A stretch of DNA of 64,000 nucleotides from Fistulifera solaris. Taxonomy: Eukaryota. Positions within the stretch are counted from its first letter, which is position 1. Each line of letters starts with the position of its first letter. The DNA is taken from NCBI GenBank assembly GCA_030295235.1, contig AP026143.1, positions 1 through 64,000 of the forward strand, given 5' to 3'. The translations under genes and the position numbers were made by a program. Under the pieces are notes generated by a model. It searched no databases, was not told the DNA's origin, and saw nothing but the letters and a program-made list of their open reading frames with translations. This document shows, one piece after another, positions 59,414-64,000 of the stretch.

Positions 59414-60854
59414 TTAGTTAAATTGTCGACTGAGGTCTTGTTGAATCAACTGTAACTCCGCCATAGCATGTTGTACCGGTACAGGGACATGGGGTTGCTC
59501 CATCAAGTAAGCCGCCACTGTATTCAAGGCTTGTTGCATCTGCTGTGCTGTGTCATCGCGAAGACTCGTGTGACGAAAGGGTGTCACTCCAGGATCACTG
59601 TAATCGCGTTCGGCCGGTTGTGTCGAAGCAAACAAACGTTGACTCACGGAATGGATCTTTTGTGTCAGCAATTGCTCCGATGGCTGCACCCACCGTTCTT
59701 TGAACGCCGAGAACGGATTATTGTTGGTGTTGTGCGTGTCGTGATGATGGTTGTGAATTACCCGCGCCGGTGTCATGGCCAATTGAGAAAACGCGTGCGA
59801 CAAGGGATCCGTCCATGACGACGACGTGTTGGTTGCAGTATTGTTGTCGGCTGTTGTATTTGTTGTTGTTGCTGTACTAGGCAACAAATCATCGATGGGT
59901 GCTTGTTGCACAATGCGCGAAAACAACGGAATCCACTCTACGAGGGATTCTTCTGGCGCCACGTTCATGAGCCAATGCAACAAATCGTCTTGGGACGTCT
60001 CCAGTATCCAATCGCGATGCAGTAATAGCCGCGCCACACACAAGGCTTCACAAGCCGTCAAAAGTGATGTCGAATAGTAAGGAAATAAGACATCCCACAA
60101 GGCCAAAACATCGGTCACTTCTCGGGCAAAGAGTAACCGGATCCATTTACAAAAAACCAATTGCAGGGGCAATCCTTGCAGACGTGGATACAGTCCAGGA
60201 TGATAGTGTTGAACTTGCTGTATGATGCGGGCAGTCAGGGGTTGCAACGATGATTCGTAAGCAGGTAAAATGGCCGGCAATATGATGGATACAAAGTCCA
60301 ATAGCGTTTGTGCAAAATCTCCGGATGCTGGGGAAGAAGTCGTGGTTTCAGTCGCGTCCACTTCCAAGGCATACAACAAAAAAGACACGACTTCGTGCAT
60401 TCCTTGTTGATATTCCGTGTGCGTATGACACAGCCACACAAAGAGAACCTGCGCAATCAGTTGTTTGCGATGCGCCAAACAGCCAACGGCGTCGGGATCA
60501 GGCAAACGATGTAAATCTTTTTGTAATATTTGCCAGGAAACCGCTCGTTGTTCGGGAAGTGTCAACGATTCGTCTTCTTGTGGAAGACGACGACTGTTCC
60601 TTCGTTTCTGACGATACTGCAATTGCCGTGTTTGTAAATCCGTTTGTTGTTGTAAATCTTGCATATACATGGCAGTCAAGGGATCTAATGAAGTAGAAGG
60701 ACTGGAGGGACTTTCTATAGGAGTTTTCTTTTTCTTGTTTGTTGTTGTGTTCCTGAGGAATCGGATATTGTTGCGACAATTCCGCGAACGATAATGTTGT
60801 CAGCGGATCTCCGAACGCTTGACGCCATTGTTGCGTTCTTGATTGTGCTGTCAT
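59414..60854 (-). CDS. TBC-domain Rab GTPase-activating protein (TBC1D5-like)
   Basis: ILQKDLHRL (Arg finger), EYQQGMHEVVS (Gln finger), KWIRLLFARE, LALWD. Frameshift near 60720. Confidence 0.85.
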
Positions 60855-61675
60855 TCTTTAAGGAGATGTAAAGAAGGATATTGAATGACACTGTTCAACG
60901 AAGATTACTTCATACGAAGCGAAGGCAATCGAAATGACAAAAAGAAAGCAAATACGGAGTAACACATCGCAATTGTATTTGTATTTCGCGTCAAAAGCGC
61001 GTCAAACGTCTGCAGTACCGCTACGGGAAAGTCCCGGTACGGGGGACAGACCGCGTTCATCTTCAAGGCGAAAGTGCAACGAAGCTGCCCGATTTCGGCA
61101 TTTAGGTACTTTTAGAAGCACACGATGTTGAATTCTAGAGAGATATGATTCCGGAACCTTCCTTTCTTCCGCATCCCGGACCCGGGCCCGAGCGTGTTTA
61201 TTGCAGCGTTTCAACCTTCGCAATTGGACGAACTGCTTCGGACGTCGTTAGGATGAGGACCTTCTTTCTAGAATAGAACAGTGGTGAGGGAATTGTAACC
61301 ATACCGCAAAATGTTTTGTGTGTAGCTTGCCATTTCTTTCTCCTCTTTTTAATCTAGTCTAGAGAACCTTCCTTTTTGTGCTCTTAGTTTTGTTTCATCA
61401 AGACCCAAATTTCTTTTCCCTAATAAAAAATAAAAATACTCCGTTTCTAAATGTGTATTCTATCTTACTTTTTTTATTTTTTATAAAAATAAATAAAGCT
61501 CAAAGAATTAGCAGTTAGCAATAGAAACTAAAACGCATTTTTATTCTCATTTTGATCATTTGTTATTAAAGCAGGAAAAGCCGTCAACCGTCAATTTTAG
61601 TAAATATGTAGCTACATTTTGCAATTTTTTGCAGAAGATCGAATTTGAGCGCAATCATAATGTACAATATTGACG

Positions 61676-61876
61676 TTTTGCAGCGAAAAGCCATTTTGCA
61701 GCGAAAAGCCATTTTGCGGCGAAAAGCCATTTTGCAGCGAAAAGCCATCGCGTAGAAAAACCTACTAGATCTGTCGTAGAACTTGCAGCGAAAAGCCATT
61801 TTGCAACGAAAAGCCGATTTGCAGCCAAAAGCCATTTTTCAGCGAAAAGCCATTTTTCAGCGAAAAGCCATTTTGC
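61676..61876. repeat. 18-bp minisatellite TTTTGCAGCGAAAAGCCA, 4+5 copies around a ~34-bp spacer
   Basis: Four copies at 61676-61748 and five at 61783-61876, within AT-rich DNA. Confidence 0.93.
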
Positions 61877-63264
61877 GTCGATATGACTTTATGTTTTGAA
61901 ATGACTTTTTTCTGTTAGACAAATTATGTCGCAAGTACACATAGAACCAGATAGACGGTATTGCTCCACCTTACACTAGGTTTTGATGTACAATAATTAT
62001 TATCATTCACTAAATAAACAAATTGCACTGTGCGCTCTATGACAAAGAGTACTTATTTTCCTCGTTTTTAGTTTTATACGGAGTAATTATTTACGAAAAA
62101 TCTTGAGACTTGAGAGTCAGTCTACAAGCTGTCATTTTTATGCTACCAAAAATCGAGCAATTATTAGGCTACACGCTACAGCACTCACAATGTGCAACCC
62201 GGATACAGCTAACGTTTATTCTCGGCGCAAAGAACTTGCAGATTTGCATTCCGCATCCCGCCGCATCACCCATCACCCATCACCCATCACATCACTAGGT
62301 ACGTGGAGTACCGTTTACGGCGTACGGAGCCGGTAACGCGCAAGGCTCCCAAAAATAATCTGTAGACTACCTGGTACACTTTTTTGGGTTCTTGCCCGCA
62401 CATTAGTTCTACCCGCTGCTGCTCGTTTCTCGCCCGCTTGCCCTTTGTCGGTTGTCCTTTCTGACCTCGACTTCTGGCTTCTGACAATTTCGGGCAGCTT
62501 CAACAAGTATCCTTCATCGAAAGGTGCAATGCCAGTGTAGCTCCTAACTACAACGGACTGAGTAGACTCCCACAATAGCTAAACCACAGAAACTAGGCAT
62601 GACTGAGATTATCCAGTCGTGTGGTGATGAGCCGTCAACAACAACACGTCCGATAATGAGCAAAATTGAGGCACTTCAGAGCGATATTTGAGCAGAAAGA
62701 ATCATCAATGACTTGAATTTCAAATGATTTTGAAAGCTTCTCGAGGGCGATATTAGCAGGTAGCTGCACGGCGGACGCAAGGAGGAACGAGGTCCCCAAA
62801 AGTCGAAATTCATGACCTCATGACGACTCATGATTGATGAGAAGTCACGAGAAAAGGTAGCGTGCACTTTTCGTCGATACATCTAATTATAACTGACGAA
62901 GTACGGACAGAGCTGTCTCCCGAGCTTCCAGCACGCGCAAAAACGCGGCCATGGCATGGTGGCTTTATTTGCAGATCCGACCCGAAAAAAATTACAGAAT
63001 GACAGTTTCATTCTTACTAATTCGTTGTGCTGTGTTTGACTTGCTCTTCTTCTTTTTTTTATTCCCAAGTCTGAATTATTGAGTATTTCGTCTCATTACG
63101 TATGAACTCGTCCTAAGCATTGTGATTGAGAAGATCATCCTTTGGCAAAAAAATAGTTGGTCGAGATTCGAGAGTATTCTCATTCCTTCCTTTCGAATAT
63201 CCTTTTCTTTTCTTCTTCAAAACAACAACTTCTCAGTTCGCCTGCTAATACAGCAACAAGCAAT

Positions 63265-64000
63265 ATGGAAGGCTTTGATTTTTGTTGCATTGCCTGGAAA
63301 CGACGAACGGGATGGACGCCCTTATTGAGTTCCGTCGTCGTTTCGTCGTTTACCCACTGGGAACCCCGAACGGTGGCCATCATTGGTTCCCAACTCGTGT
63401 ATTTTGAAAATGGTACCGAAGATGGACCGCCGCGAGGATCCATTGATCTTATAAAGGATCAAATTCAATTGCAAGTCATTCCGCCGTCTCCAGAAGACGA
63501 TGGACCGACACCGCATCAATTGCACATTCAAGCCACGAAAGAAAAATCGAAAACGAACAAGAAGGAAGACACGAGCAGCAGTCTTTCGACGCACAAAACA
63601 ACATCATCCCACAATATAGTAGTAGTATGGAAATTCTGTTTCGATCAACAATCCGATTTAATGACATTACTCACCCAAATCCATCAAGTCCTCGAACAAG
63701 GTGGACAATTTGCCAGCAAATCCACCGAACGCTTCGAACACGATTTTCACGCCGCCGATCACATTTATCGGTGGGAAATGATTGTCGTACCGCCCGTCAT
63801 TTATCCCATACAAATTCATGGCATTGTCTTGGAAGCGGGACGGAATTGTGTAGTCGTGGCGGATTTTGGTCTCACGGGATATTCGCGACAACAGGGGAAT
63901 GAATTTCATCACGTCGATGATACGCACAGTATGACGGAAGCGGTCTTGGCGGCCTTCAAAAAGTTACGACCAACGCAACAGGATCAACGATTGCATATAT
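63265..64000 (+). CDS. PH-domain + LRAT/NC-like protein, 3'-incomplete (absent from the ORF track)
   Basis: Open frame from ATG 63265 to the window end: AWKRRTG...WEPRTVAIIGSQLVYFE...PRGSIDL...WKFCFD (PH-like), then ADHIYRW...QIHGIVL...VVADF (LRAT-like). Confidence 0.7.
   Translation, partial: MEGFDFCCIAWKRRTGWTPLLSSVVVSSFTHWEPRTVAIIGSQLVYFENGTEDGPPRGSIDLIKDQIQLQVIPPSPEDDGPTPHQLHIQATKEKSKTNKKEDTSSSLSTHKTTSSHNIVVVWKFCFDQQSDLMTLLTQIHQVLEQGGQFASKSTERFEHDFHAADHIYRWEMIVVPPVIYPIQIHGIVLEAGRNCVVVADFGLTGYSRQQGNEFHHVDDTHSMTEAVLAAFKKLRPTQQDQRLHI

Noticed and set aside
61020..61270. RNase MRP RNA (GGGAAAGTCCCCGG at 61025 matches the CR-I motif)
   Set aside because: No downstream GGGGCT partner for the P4 helix and no convincing P8; GTCCCC pairs locally with GGGGAC instead. 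An Infernal search would settle it.
61676..61876. CRISPR array
   Set aside because: The repeats are contiguous without unique spacers, the context is eukaryotic, and there are no cas genes.

Overview
Left end of a eukaryotic chromosome, most likely from a pennate diatom. Evidence for that: CCCTAA telomere, compact genes with short GT-AG introns, ASAF/ASAW bipartite plastid-targeting signals, diatom-type SLC4 transporters and diatom-style hypothetical protein families. The first ~8 kb is subtelomere: telomere, a degenerate hAT transposase, a ~176-bp satellite, and a ~2-kb tandem duplication carrying a short inverted telomere motif and a secreted Cys-rich two-domain protein gene. The rest is gene-dense: BRO1, a GT23-like fucosyltransferase, Vti1, PI4K, two ankyrin proteins, PPi-PFK, two HMG-box proteins, an MFS transporter, three SLC4 paralogues, a plastid FAD oxidoreductase, an S28 peptidase, an m-AAA protease, a fibrillin, a TBC protein, and a PH+LRAT-like gene running off the right edge that the ORF track misses. 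A 1.4-kb non-autonomous hAT element has perfect TIRs and an 8-bp TSD. Many conserved genes carry single-base frameshifts that probably reflect long-read consensus errors, so pseudogene calls are uncertain. All product calls come from motif recognition by eye; no database searches were run.
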